Assembly: GCA_951406725.2 (NCBI GenBank)
Contig: OX597822.1
Span: 57,288,001-57,352,000, forward strand
DNA from: Octopus vulgaris
Lineage: Eukaryota
Direction of reading: 5' to 3'
DNA: 64,000 nt
The position numbers and the translations under genes are program-made. Of the stretch, positions 39,200 to 52,535 are shown piece by piece (within the stretch, counting starts at the first letter, position 1; each line of letters starts with the position of its first letter). The notes beneath the pieces are model-generated. The model ran no database searches. It worked only from the letters and a program-made list of their open reading frames with translations, and was not told the origin of the DNA.

Positions 39200-40830
39200 C
39201 TTTGAATCTTATCTCAAATTACTTTAATGTCTGGATCATAAGTTATAGATTTTATTTTAACGCCAGGCTTTTATCAGGCAGTTTTGTACGATACTTTGAT
39301 TTGATTTGACATACACAAAAATTTGTTCGCTCAAATACGTTGATCTGAAAATTGATGTAATAGTGAATGCAAATTTTTTCAGGATTTCATTATCTGAAAT
39401 TTAATTCCAAATATCGAATATATTAGGATTTTCAGGTGTCGTTTGAATTTCGGCCCATTTATGATTTTCTGCAAGTCTTGGCTTTCTGACGATAGATTTC
39501 TTTGCGTTCTTTTCGTTAATTTTTTAGTTTAGTTTTGTTTTGTTTCTTTTGATGCCCACAATTCTTTACCATTCATATTGGCTATTTTCATATCAACAAC
39601 ACGGTCGAACTGACTATATATGCTATATAAGCACTTAAAGTACGATTTCTATTGGAACATCTATAAACTTTTTAATGAATTCGTTTTGCATGTATATGAT
39701 GGTTTGCTGTAAATAACATTTATTTGTGATATTTCTTCTAACCTTGAAGTTTCTAAACGAGGTAAAATAGATTGTATTTAACGATATTTTTGTTAAACAT
39801 TATTAATTTAGCCCTCAGTCAACTGCTGGTAATTCACGGAGTTGTAGCTACTTTGGGGCTCTTGCCATTATATTGCTTACAATTTTGGGTACGCAATTCT
39901 CAATTTCCTCGCATTTGAAAAGTTCGAACGCAGAGCGCTTCTTGATAAACGGTAAAGAGAAAAAGAGATCATTTTTGATCAAATGAATCCATCAGTGGAG
40001 ATACAAAACCTTTCTTTATTCTATTCATACTTTGTGATTCTGTTGCTACTGAAACGAATTTTTAAAAGTTGATTTCTTTTTTTTTTTTTTTTTAACAATT
40101 CAAAACAGCCTGACAAAATATATTTTCGCCTTTTCTTTAAGTGATATCATTGCAATCAATTCTTCCTGTGAATCAGTTCTTTGTTTAGGATTCTACAAAG
40201 AGATCTTTTGGATATTATTTACATCAGATAACTCATCACAGTTAATTGAATATATTGGAGCAGAATTAAAATCTTTGATTTTCTATTGAAAATTGAATGC
40301 CATATCAACAGCTCTTCCTTTGATTATTCTTGCCGAAAGAAGAATTTCTTTGATCTTATTAATTATATCAATTAATATGATAAAGAAATTCCTCTAAGAT
40401 CAAAGATATTACTTTAATTAATTATTTCAATTAAAGTCGTGAAATCTCTCCTGCTCAGCAATATTTGAAAACGTATCTTTTGAGATATTCTCTGCTAGTA
40501 AAAGATTTTCTTCAACATAGTTTTATTCGATTCAATAAAACTAGCAAAAGCAATTTACTTTGAATGTTTAGCAAATTACTGAAAATGATCTAGATTTGGT
40601 TGAGTTTTTTTTCTCCAGTTCAAGAATTACCCTCCTGCACTCTTCACCGACCACATACTTTTTCAGCAAAAGAGCAATATTTATTTATAAAATATCCTTC
40701 TAAGTTTATTATAGGCAAATTTTTCACTACGTATTAAAGACAATGTTAAGCCAACTAAGACTTCAACGAAATCGTACATCTTTCAATGTCTTTTCACCAC
40801 CAGTTTTACCTTTTCATCGGATCTAAAATA
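39200..40830 (-). mobile_element. highly decayed hAT (SPIN/GTF2IRD2-like) transposase
   Basis: Remnants SLIRSEKFAYNK, FAEK, YQEALC, PKIVSNIMARA; no intact ORF. Confidence 0.6.
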
Positions 40831-41237
40831 ATCGTTCTAGGGGACCACGATATATCTGTAAATCCACAATAAGCACACTATAAAATTTTTACAAAAGTTA
40901 TATTCAAAGAATTTTACATAAGAATAGTGGCAGATAAGACAACTGCAAGTGAGACAGACTATAAGCTCTAGACTGAACTACAATAAATCAATTCAGAATT
41001 ATATAGTATCAGCTACCATGGAAGATTATGTATTTGTAAAACGAACGAAACGAATTTAAGAGGCAAAAATAAGTACAAACTGAAAACGAAACGAATCCCA
41101 GTTTAGTTGCCAGATTATTAATGGAAGACTCATCTATACAGGTACTCAGTCATGAAATCTTTAAGTAGCCAATTAACATCGACTAGTCAACCAGACGATG
41201 TATACAGACCTGAAAAGGATTTGTTTCTTAATAATAC

Positions 41238-41324
<87 letters not shown>

Positions 41325-41549
41325 CAAAATAAGCAACAAGGTAATGCAGTGCGATCATTTCGTGCAACTCCATATAATTGAACAATACAATCATTTCATT
41401 ACATCAATTTAAAATGTAGAGCAATCTTCAGCTGCACAAAGACAGAATTTAATTAAATTAGAAGGACACATTAGTATAATTTTACCCAAAATCTCCAAGA
41501 GAATAAGGAGATCGACAAAAAACAACATGCTTTACCAACAACATCATAG

Positions 41550-41592
<43 letters not shown>

Positions 41593-41680
41593 ATATAAAA
41601 AAAAACATATATCAGAAAGAAACACTCTAAAGAATAGAGCAGTAATTATTACAACAAAAATTTTTATATCATGCGCAAAC

Positions 41681-41736
41681 AGTTACCCAAGGTTTCGCCT
41701 CCACAAAGTAAAGCCTTGTGGACAGCTCGTCAGACT
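41681..41736 (-). ncRNA. type I hammerhead ribozyme, intact core
   Basis: AGU-CUGACGA-GCUGUCCACAAGG..CUUUGUGGAGGC-GAAAC-CUUGG-GUA-ACU. Confidence 0.85.
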
Positions 41737-41996
41737 CTATATGAATACAAAATTTAAAATATCTACGTCGCAGACGTGAGGAAACCCTCAGAACTCGAGA
41801 AATACGTCTTAACAAAAAAAACCTTAATGAGGACGGATTATCTCCTCTGAATCAGAGGGGGAAAATATCCTTATATATCCGAAGAGGACTAACTTACACG
41901 CAAACACCGGTTGTCACACGCTCAGGACACAAACGCACACACATACATGCACACACGTACACACACGCACATACACACACGCGCACACATACACAC

Positions 41997-42089
<93 letters not shown>

Positions 42090-43036
42090 TATATACACAC
42101 GTATATATATACATGAGTGTGTGTGTGTACACATTGGAGTTCCATGCTGTTTCCGTCTACGAAATTAACTCACAAAGCACAAAGTTATGACAGAAGACAA
42201 TTTCCCAGTGTGTCGCGCAGTGAAACTGAACCCGAAATTGCGTGGCCATGTTCTTTTTATTTTGTTTTGTTTTGTTTTGTTCTTTTATCATGAATTTGTA
42301 AACAACGGTATCACTTCTTATAGATTTCCAACCGGCTGATCTATGACTCACAACAATCAATCGCAGATTCATTTTGCTCGATCTGAGCCGTTCTTAAGCA
42401 CAAAAACAACAAATAAATACAGAAATGAAAAGCATAATGAAAGCTAAAGGCCAACATGAACTAACTACGCACTACAAAGACCATTTTCTTAAACAGAATA
42501 TTAAGTTTGATCAATTAGACTTAGTCTGACGAAATCATTAAGTTGGCCTACTTGCCTACTGTAGACATATCTGAAGAAATCGAGAGACATAGATAAACAG
42601 CATTTTCTCTTTCCACTGGAAAAACATATATATATATATAGGCAATAAGGTTCTAACGATCGATAGATAGTATTGCTACAGATCAGAGAATGTAGTCAAA
42701 CTAAAAAGAGAAAATAATAATATCGTATTTACTTGTGATATGCAAAAATATACAAATGAAGATTTGGAAAAAGAAACATTGATATTAATGTAGAAAACAA
42801 AATATTCGAGTTTTGTATGCTAATTAAAATAGCTTGCTCGGTGTATAAAAACAATTCTGCAAGCAAAGTTAGAAATACAAAGTTAGAAATACAAAGAACA
42901 GAAAAATTGTCATATCAAACATCTTGAACGTTGCTGCAATTATAGAAGCAATAGATGCTTGTTAGAAATGAAATCAAAAATATTATCGAGAAAATTTTCA
43001 GTAACCTACAGTTAGATACAGAGATAGATAGATAGA

Positions 43037-43232
43037 TATGTTTCTTTATTAGCCACACAGGGCTGCACACAGACGGGACAGATTACAAAGTAGAGCTTTT
43101 CTTTTTTGGAAAAAAAAAAGTGAGGTAGGTTTTCGATCAAAAGGGATCGTAAAAGGGAAAGAAGAAAAAAAAAGGAAACAAACAAAAGAAAAGAAAAAAG
43201 AAGAAAAAAAAGGAAAAAAGGGGGAAAAGAAA

Positions 43233-43280
<48 letters not shown>

Positions 43281-43322
43281 GTAGGTAGGTAGGTAGGTAG
43301 GTAGACAGACAGACAGACAGAC

Positions 43323-43416
<94 letters not shown>

Positions 43417-43434
43417 CCAGACAGTCGGACAGAC

Positions 43435-43516
<82 letters not shown>

Positions 43517-45889
43517 CTTTTTATTGTAGCCACACAGGGCTAAACACAGAATAAAAATGGACGAAAAACAATGTAGAATTTTTCGTTTCGAGGTGGGATG
43601 GGTGGGGCACAAAAAAAAAAACGTTTGATCAATAGGGATCTGTGGGTTGTGTGGTGTATAAAAAAGCAATATATATATATAAAGTTCACAGTTTAGGTGT
43701 AGCCTTGGAAAGAAAAACCTACAAAAAAGACCAAGGTCACCTCGAGTGCGTGCAGAACGGTTTCGTCGCTCTGACCGCATCTCGGGCAGGTCGGCCCCGT
43801 GTTTCTCGAGCCGTGTCTGTAGAGCTTATCCCGAACAGGTAGCGCTTCTCGGTAGCACTGCCAGGCCAGGGATCTCTGGAAGTTGTCCATGGGCCCTGGC
43901 CCGAAAGTCGTCCCGAACAGGGGAGTCAGGTATTCCTCGTCGACGTCCAGGTTCGCCCCGAGCTCGTCGTCGTACCTCCCCTCCACTAATCCCCTATAGA
44001 ATGCTTTGGTTGTGATGGAGTCACTCAAGGTCGACCCGGGACGGCAGAGTTGCTTGAGAGCAACGCGACACTCGCGGTGCCATTCGCCCTTCCTCGGCCT
44101 CTTTTTGATCCACGACTGCAGTTTCGTCATAGAGACGAGCTGCGGCAAAGCGTGCCCCACAAACGGCGACCACACCTGTTCACCGTCGTCTACGAAGAGC
44201 CTGAGATGTCGCAGTCTCAGCGCGTGTCTGCGCATCATCAACCACGGCATGCCCAGTCCTCCTTTTAACGGGTGTTGACAGCAAATGGATCGCCTGATCA
44301 TCGGGACGCATCCTTTCCACAAGAAGCGAAAGAGAATGCGTTCTAATTTGGTGATGGTAGGGTCGGGACAAGGCACGACGGTCAGGCGGTAGTAGATGAC
44401 GGACGCAATGTACGTGTTCGCCACCTCCGCCCGACCTTTTAGGGACAGTTTCCTCTCGGCCCATTGCCGGGCAAGAGTGACCACCCTACTCGTTATCTCA
44501 TTCCAGTTCTTCTCCACTTGGAGGTCCGGACCGAACCAGACCCCAAGCAACTAGACCGGACCGTCAGTCCAGCGTCCCACGACGGAGGCGCTGGTGGACG
44601 GCATGGGCTTGCTTCTCCAGGTGCCTAGTCGCAAGCCCACTGACTTTTCCCGGTTGATTTTCGCCCCTGTCACCGCTTCGTAGTTTTTCAGTGTCTCACC
44701 GACCTGCTCGATGTGCTCGTGGCTAGACACTATGACGGTGACGTCGTCCGCGTATGCAGACACGCTCGTCCAGCATCCCAGTTCTCGCGGGATGCCCCTC
44801 AGAGTTGCCAGCTTCCGCAGTAATGGCTCGAGAGTCAATACGTATAGAAGCGACGAGAGGGGGCATCCCTGACGGACCGAACGTGCGATGTCGAAAGGTC
44901 TCGATAGATGTCCATTTACGTGAATTACCGAACGGATGCCTCTGTACAAAGCGGCTATCCAGCCACGGAAGACGGGACCGAAGCCAGCCGCTCTGAGGAC
45001 AGTAACCCAAGTATCGATGGTCTACCCTATCGAAAGCTTTCGATTGATCCATATTGATCAGCGCCCCACCCATGCCAGGTTCGTTAACTACCCTGTCTAT
45101 GTAGCGCATCAGGTGGAGGTTGTCATGGATGGTCCGGCCCGGCACGGCGCACGTTTGCGCCTTGTCGACCAGTTTCTCGATGACAAGCACCAACCTCTTG
45201 GCTAACACCTTGGCCAAAATTTTCAACTCTGCATTAAGCAGAGTGATGGGCCTAAATTTATCTATTACATTTCCCTTGTTTAGATCTTTCTTCAGCAGTG
45301 TTACGGCTCCTCGGCTCACAAAACCAGGAATGCTCCCGTTTTGCTGCCAGTTGCATTACACCGCTGCCAAGACGTCTCCAAACAAGTCTGGCATACAACT
45401 GTAAAGCTCGTAGGGTAGACCATCCAAACCCGGCGATTTGTCACTCGAGCATTCTGCCATCGAGTCCTGCACTTCCGCCGCCATGATGGCACCTTCGCAG
45501 CACCCTGCCTCTCTTGTCGAGAGTCGTGGTAGGCTGTGTAGGTAGGCACTGAAGTCCACCCTACGTTCTTGCCCGCCACTCGTTTCGAACGGTCGGGCAA
45601 AATACTGTTGAAAGGCCTCACACATTTTACTTGGGTCGATCAATTCGCGCCCCTGTTCATCTACCAGAGACCGAATGCTGGCTTTGTTGCCCTGTTGCGC
45701 CTCTGCCACCCGGGTCTCTCTCGCGGCTCCAACACCTTCGTTCCTTAGAGCACGCATCCTAGCTCTGACAGCACACTCTTCGTGTTTGGCGTTGAAGTGT
45801 TGGTCGAGGGCCAACCTCGCCGCCAAAACGTCGGATGCGATGCCGCTTCTAATTGCCTCTTCTAGCTTCATAACTAGCTCACCCTCTAC
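43037..45889 (-). mobile_element. Tx1 (L1-group) LINE, 5'-truncated ORF2, embedded in (GATA)n, plus an extra 3'-end copy at 43037-43235
   Basis: KSPGLDGLPYELY, FRPITLLN, DQSKAFDRV, RQGCPLS, AYADD, CPRCGQSDETVLH; several frameshifts; (GATA)n on both sides. Confidence 0.92.
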
Positions 45890-46056
<167 letters not shown>

Positions 46057-46220
46057 ACGTGCGTGTGTGTGTGCACGTGCGTGTATGTGCGTATGTTAAA
46101 AAGTTTGATATATTTTAAAGCATTTTTATATAAGCGTAGATTAACTTAATATTTAGAGTTACAGTTTTAGCATGACATCGACAGTGTGTCCTTATATTAC
46201 CATCATCACCATTGTTATAA

Positions 46221-46267
<47 letters not shown>

Positions 46268-46682
46268 CGCATGGTAAGTACAGCACAAAGGATGTCAGTA
46301 AAAGTGAAAACAAACAAAATGAATGCCATGCTTACAATCAGGAAGATTAAAACCAAAAACATAGAACAATGAACTACTAACAAAATACAAACGCAAAGGT
46401 TTAAAGAACAGGAAGAAGAAATATTACATGGCAAATTAATCAGTTAAATAAAAGATACAACAGCAGAAAAGGATGGTTTAATAAATTCCAATCAGAATTA
46501 CGTAATTATTTACCTCAATGAGCTTTGTTTGTTTTATTTTCATTATTGGCGCAATAATGGCTGTGTGGTTAAAGACGCTTGCTTTGCAACTGCGTAGATT
46601 TCGGGTTCAATATTATTGTGTTTTTAATATTGCCGACCAATGACCGGTGAGTGAATTTGGTAGACGTAAACTATGAGGCAGT

Positions 46683-47337
46683 ATAAGGCGGCGTGCTGGC
46701 AGAAACGTTAGCATGTCAGGCGAAATACTTGGTGGTATTTCGTCTGCCATTACATTCTAAGTTCAAATTCCGCCGAGGTCGATTTAGCCTTTCATCCTTT
46801 CGGGGTCGATTAAATAAGTACCAGTTACAAACTGGGGTCGATATAATCGACTTAATCCGTTTGTCTGTCCTTGTTTGTCCTCCCTGTGTTTAGCCCCTTG
46901 TGGGTAGTAAAGAAATAGGGATTTCGTCTGCCGTTACGTTCTGAGTTCAAATTTCGCCGAGGTCGACTTTGCCTTTCATCCTTTCGGGGATGTCACGTTT
47001 ATCATTGTAAAAATAAGTCGGTACAGTTACACTTTAAATAACGGGAAGACGAATAAATAAAAGTCTAATTATAAGTACCAGTTACGCACTGGGTCGAGGT
47101 AATTGACTTAATCCCTTTGTCTGTCCTTGTTTAGCCCTTTGTGGGCAATAAAGAAATAAAAACGTTAGCACGCCGGACGAAATGCTTAGCGGTATTTCGT
47201 CTACCGCTACGTTCTGAGTTCAAATTCCGTCGAGGTCGACTTTGCCTTTCATCCTTTCGGGATCGATGAATTAAGGACCAGTTACGCACTTGTTTGTCCC
47301 CTTTATGTTTAGACCCTTGTGGGCAATAAAGAAATAA
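46683..47337 (+). mobile_element. trimeric Meta-domain SINE insertion nested in another SINE
   Basis: Three head-to-tail units (gaggtcgactttgcctttcatcctttcgggg...aataaagaaata); 17-bp TSD gtaaactatgaggcagt at 46666-46682 / 47338-47354. Confidence 0.88.
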
Positions 47338-47589
47338 GTAAACTATGAGGCAGTTCAGTGTGAGTATGTGTTATGTTTGTCCACACACACACACACACAC
47401 ATATGCGCACACATACATACACACCTCTTAACAACCAGTGTTGGTTTGTTTACGTCTCCGTAACATAGCGGTTCGGCAAAAAAAGTACTGAGGTCGATTT
47501 GTGCACCTAAATCTCTCCTGCTAAATGTGTATGTGTATGATTAGAACGTCGAATACCACAGTATAAGCCTTGAGAGGGCCACTCATATA

Positions 47590-48952
47590 GACATATGTAA
47601 TCTGGTTGACTGACCAGGCAGTTCCCGTTGGGCTTACCAAGAAGAAGAAACACAAGCCCTGGGTGACGAAGAAGGTTAAACGAGAACTTCGACTCAGAGA
47701 TATTGCTTGGGCTGAATTCAAAAATCTGGATTCGACTGCAGCTTTTGAGGTATACAAAACTCAACGAGACCGAGCTGTGAAAATTGAAAAGGAATAACGC
47801 TTCAGATATGAATACAAAATCGCGGCAAACGCCAGTAGCAATCCAAAAACCTTCTTTGCCCATGTCCAACGGAATTCCCGCTTGAACAACCAAATTGCAA
47901 CGTTGGTAGACTCAACAGGCGTATCGATTGAGGACCCTTATCAACAGAGTCAATTATTTGCCGAGGCTTTTTCAACTATTTTCAAACAAGATGATGGTCG
48001 TGAACCCCCTCCATTTGATAGATCAGTACCTCCAATGCTTCGATTGGTCATCACGCGGGACGAAGTCGAACGCGTTATTCAAGGCCTCGATGTCAACAAG
48101 GGTCACGGCCCTGACGGCGTACACCCACGGGTTATCAAAGCGTTGGCTCCGGTCATCTGCGAGCCCTTAACACGTCTATTCAATATGTCATTGGCGACGG
48201 ATGTTATACCTGCGAACTGGAGAACAGCGATAATCTGCCCAATTTTCAAGAAAGGGAGCCGCAAAGACCCGCTTAACTACCGACCGGTTTCCCTTACATC
48301 AATAATCAGCAAGATGTTCGAAACAATCCTTAAGAAAAGTATGATGCTCCACCTCCAAAACACAGCCTCTATCTCTGATTCTCAACACGGCTTCGTGCCG
48401 AAGAGATCATGTTTGACCAACTTACTGGTAATGGAAGAATTGGTGACGCGCATCCTCGATGATAGTGATGCTGTTGACATCGTTTCATTGGACTTTGCCA
48501 AAGCTTTTGACTCGGTAAACCACCGCCTATTACTTGTCAAGCTTCAAGTATATAGTTTCCATCCGGATATTGTACGATGGGTTGGTGCCTTCCTCTCAGA
48601 GATCTCATTCTTGCTCACAACATCATAAGCGGAAAGTGTAACCTCTCGAAAGACCTATTCTTCACTCCTGCTCCAGAGCGTCGGCTGCGGGGTCATTCCG
48701 AAAAGCTCTATCTGCGACGATTTCATCTCAATCGAAGGAGAGGGGCTTTCTCCGTCCGGGTTGCGGATCCGTGGAACAAGCTGCCAGACGAGATGGTGAA
48801 GATGCCGACGACCGCTCGGTTCAAAGTCTCCCTTGACCTCAAGTGGTCTGAACTCTTTACATGAACACCACCCTGTACATAACTCCATGTCCCCCTACAT
48901 GGCCTTGCTTTTTGCTTTTTGAGCCAAAAAATTAACTAACTAACTAACTAAC
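47590..48952 (+). mobile_element. CR1-group LINE, truncated and internally deleted
   Basis: KGHGPDGVHPRV, NYRPVSLTS, QHGFVPKRSCLTNL, LDFAKAFDSV; jumps to C-terminal RRLRGH...FSVRVADPWNKLP; (AACT)n tail. Confidence 0.92.
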
Positions 48953-49066
48953 ATACGGTGCTAAAAGCACAGCACGAACACATATCGTAGCAGAACCGTC
49001 TAGTATGGGCACCTGGACTGCCAGATTACGCGATTCTAGTGTACTGAGATCTGAACCCTCCCTTAT

Positions 49067-49466
49067 TTCTTTATTGCCTACAAGGGGCTAAACATAGAGA
49101 GGACAAACAAGGATAGACAAACGGATTAAGCCAATGAAATCGCGTAACTGGTACTTAATTTATCGACCCCAAAAGGATGAAAGGCAAAGTCGACCTCGGC
49201 GGAATTTGAACTCAGAACGTAACGGCAGACGAAATACCTATTTCTTTACTACCCACAAGGGGCTAAACACGGAGAGGACAAACAAGGACAGACAAATAGA
49301 TTAAGTCGATTATATCGACCCCAACTGGTACTTATTTAATCGACACCGAAAGGATGAAAGGTAAAGTCGACCTCGGCGGAATTTGAACTCAGAACGTAGC
49401 GGCAGACGAAATTCCGTTAAGCATTTCGCCCGGCGTGCTAACGATTCTGCCAGCTCACCGCCTTTT
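49067..49466 (-). mobile_element. dimeric Meta-domain SINE insertion
   Basis: Two units; degenerate 16-bp TSD ctgaaccctcccttat / ctaaacactcccttat. Confidence 0.85.
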
Positions 49467-49481
49467 CTAAACACTCCCTTA

Positions 49482-50370
49482 TCAGACGGTTCATGTCTGC
49501 TACGATACAGTTGCAGGAAAAACATGAGCAAGATGAAGCTTTCAGAAGGTACGATATCATGAGAAGGAAGAACTGAACATAATTGTTTAGTGCTAGGCTG
49601 TTCATTGGGTGCAACAAGGATGACGAGCGGTGGAAAGACGAGTTGGTCGGGTGAGCCTGAATGATACGATACCACGGAGTTCCGAAAAATAGAGGCCATT
49701 ATAGTAGCAATAGAAGAAACGGAGAAAGATAAGACGGTATGCTTGAGGAACAGAGACTGCAGTATGTCTGTTAGAGATTGAACGCCATACCGCTCAATCA
49801 AATGAATTTTCTATAGATATAGTCCAGTATGTTTGTGTACGTAGCAGTAACACTGCTCTAGATGTGATAGCAGTCCTCATTGTGAGTCTCACTAAAGCTT
49901 CGTAGAGTGTCAGCAGCTCTTGAGATTGAAGAGGATGGGGAGTTTTTAGCTTGCAATCCTAGCGATGTAAATGATGTGTTTTCGCTAATGAGTGCCGCTA
50001 ATGTTTAATGGGGGTGCAATAATGTTTCCATGGAATTAGTAGTACTTGAGGTTAGGTGGGGTATGTTTTTATTTTGTTTTGTCTTTGGTGGAGTGGATGT
50101 TAAAAGAGACAGCGTTGGTATGGCCACAAAGAATGGAATTAATGCAGAATGTGGATGATGCATGGTAAGGAAAGTTATAGAGGAAAGAAGAGTTCTATTA
50201 TCTATACAAGGGTAAATGTTGTTGAGTCATTGAAGAAAAGCGTGAGGGAGATGTGAATTAAGATCTTGAGCGAGAGTCGACACATACTAGATGGAGCGAC
50301 ATGATTGAAAGCTACCAGTCCAAGAGTTGAGAGGTAGATGGATGGGTACAGCTTCAGGGTATTGATTACG
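49482..50370 (-). mobile_element. very decayed PLE-like RT remnant
   Basis: VTATYTNI resembles the PLE RT motif DVxSLYTNI; no ORF. Confidence 0.35.
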
Positions 50371-51955
50371 GGATCGTCTTTTTTTTTTCAGAAGAGTAGA
50401 AAAGAGAAACCGCACAATTGGTGGAGATACTTTTGCAAGAGAACTGCACATTGCTTTCTTCTTATATGCATCGCACGTCTATATCAGAGGCTCTCTCAAG
50501 GCGAATATTGCAGTATTGAATTACAAATCAAGGATTTGTAGAACTTTTTTGAAAATCTGTTCCAAATATCTTTTTAAATAAGGATACTGATGCAAAAGAA
50601 AGACGTATAAGAAGTCTTTTGCAGCTAAGCAAGTGCAGTACAAACTCGGAACAGCTAATAAAGTCTCTCCTGTTTCTCCAACTTAAATTTCAAATAGACA
50701 AAAAGTTGTAGAACTTTTTCCATAATTCTTTAAAAATAACTATCAGCAATTTCATGAATAAATATTTTATCGTTTTCAGTAAAGATTATTTTTATTATAT
50801 TGTTTTCTTCTGTTTTGTTTTGTTTTTTTATATTTTGAAAATCTATTGTTTAAATATGTTGTTTTAATTTATTTCAGACTGTGTGTATGAATAATTATTT
50901 TACCCTTTAGATATATATTTATCATTTTAATTTTGAAAGAATACACGTAAAAATCTTCGAAACTTCTCAATTTTTTTAGTTTTACTTGCAGCGTTCATTT
51001 TTCTAGATGTCACGTTTATCATTGTAAAAAGGAAGTCGGTACAGTTACACTTTAAATAACGGGAAGACGAATAAATAACAGTCTAATTATAAGCTGTTCA
51101 ATTACTGCAGTTATTCTTTGAATCTTTGAATCTTTGAAATCCTTTATATTTCTAAGCCTTAAAATGCCGGAACAAAATCAGCATGTAATGAATTATAACC
51201 TTTTGAAAGATATTTAACGGCAGTTGAAAGAAATATTTCATTGAAATATTTGAATTTTGCAAGTGGGATGTCATTGCAAATAAGTGAGATCTTATTACAC
51301 GTATGAAGTCATAAAAGCATATTAGTGTCATTCCTAAGAAAATATATTACGCCTAAACGCAACGATACAACTAGTTTGAAGGGAGTATCACCATGTTTAC
51401 GAGCTGCCATTGCACAATAATGAATGGGGAAAATCTAACCAAGTGACAAAAAACAATATTCATAATAACAAAATCATTTCCAGATTAAGAATGCAGGGAT
51501 TAAAAAGACATAACCATTATTCATTTTGAGAACTCGATTACAGACAGAGCAGAGAACTTAAGTTTATTAGAATGAGTCAACTATTATGAAAATATGTTCG
51601 ATGGCTATAACATATTCTAGTAAAACATATAACAGAGTTATCTCTACACATCTTGCTATGATAGAATTAGATAAATGTGATACTGACAGGGTATTAAAGG
51701 CTTTAAATTTTGAGTTAATTAGGAAAAAATGAATATAATAAAATATAAAAACACTTGTTGCGATATATTGAAATAATTAATTCTAATATAAACGCATGGC
51801 CAGAAATTTGGGGGATAGGGTTAGCTGGTTAGATCAATATTAGTGCTTGACAGATCCTTTATTCTGTTTAGACTCCTGAGATGAAAAGCACAGTTGACTT
51901 TAGTGGTATTTGAACTCAAAACGCAGAGCAGTGCACTAGATACTGCAGGGTATGT

Positions 51956-52344
51956 GGCAATGGAAGCACTCCGTCGGTTACGACGATGAGGGTTCCGGTT
52001 GATCCGAATCAACGGAACAGCCTGCTCGTGAAATTAACGTGTAAGTGGCTGAGCACTCCACAGACACGTGCACCCTTAACGTAGTTCTCGGGGATATTCA
52101 GCGTGACACAGAGAGTGACAAGGTCGGCCCTTTGAAATACAGGTACAACAGAAACAGGAAGTAAGAGTGAGAGAAAGTTGTGGTGAAAGAGTACAGCAGG
52201 GATCACCACCATCCCCTGCCGGAGCCTCGTGGAGTTTTTAGGTGTTTTCGCTCAATAAACACTCACAACGCCCGGTCTGGGAATCGAAACCGCGATTCTA
52301 TGACCGCGAGTCCGCTGCCCTAACCACTGGGCCATTGCGCCTCC
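51956..52344 (-). mobile_element. full-length tRNA-derived SINE
   Basis: 14-bp TSD actgcagggtatgt (51942-51955 / 52345-52358); A/B boxes. Confidence 0.9.
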
Positions 52345-52423
52345 ACTGCAGGGTATGTATACATACACACGCGCATGCACACATGTATGTATGCATATAT
52401 ATGTGAGTGTTTATGTACATGTT

Positions 52424-52482
<59 letters not shown>

Positions 52483-52535
52483 ATGTGTATGTGTGTAAGT
52501 GTATATGTGTATAGATATATATAAGTATGTGTATA

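Noticed and set aside
50390-50700. Open frames after a pyrimidine-AG; possible exon or piggyBac C-terminus
   Set aside because: No clean donor and no diagnostic motif
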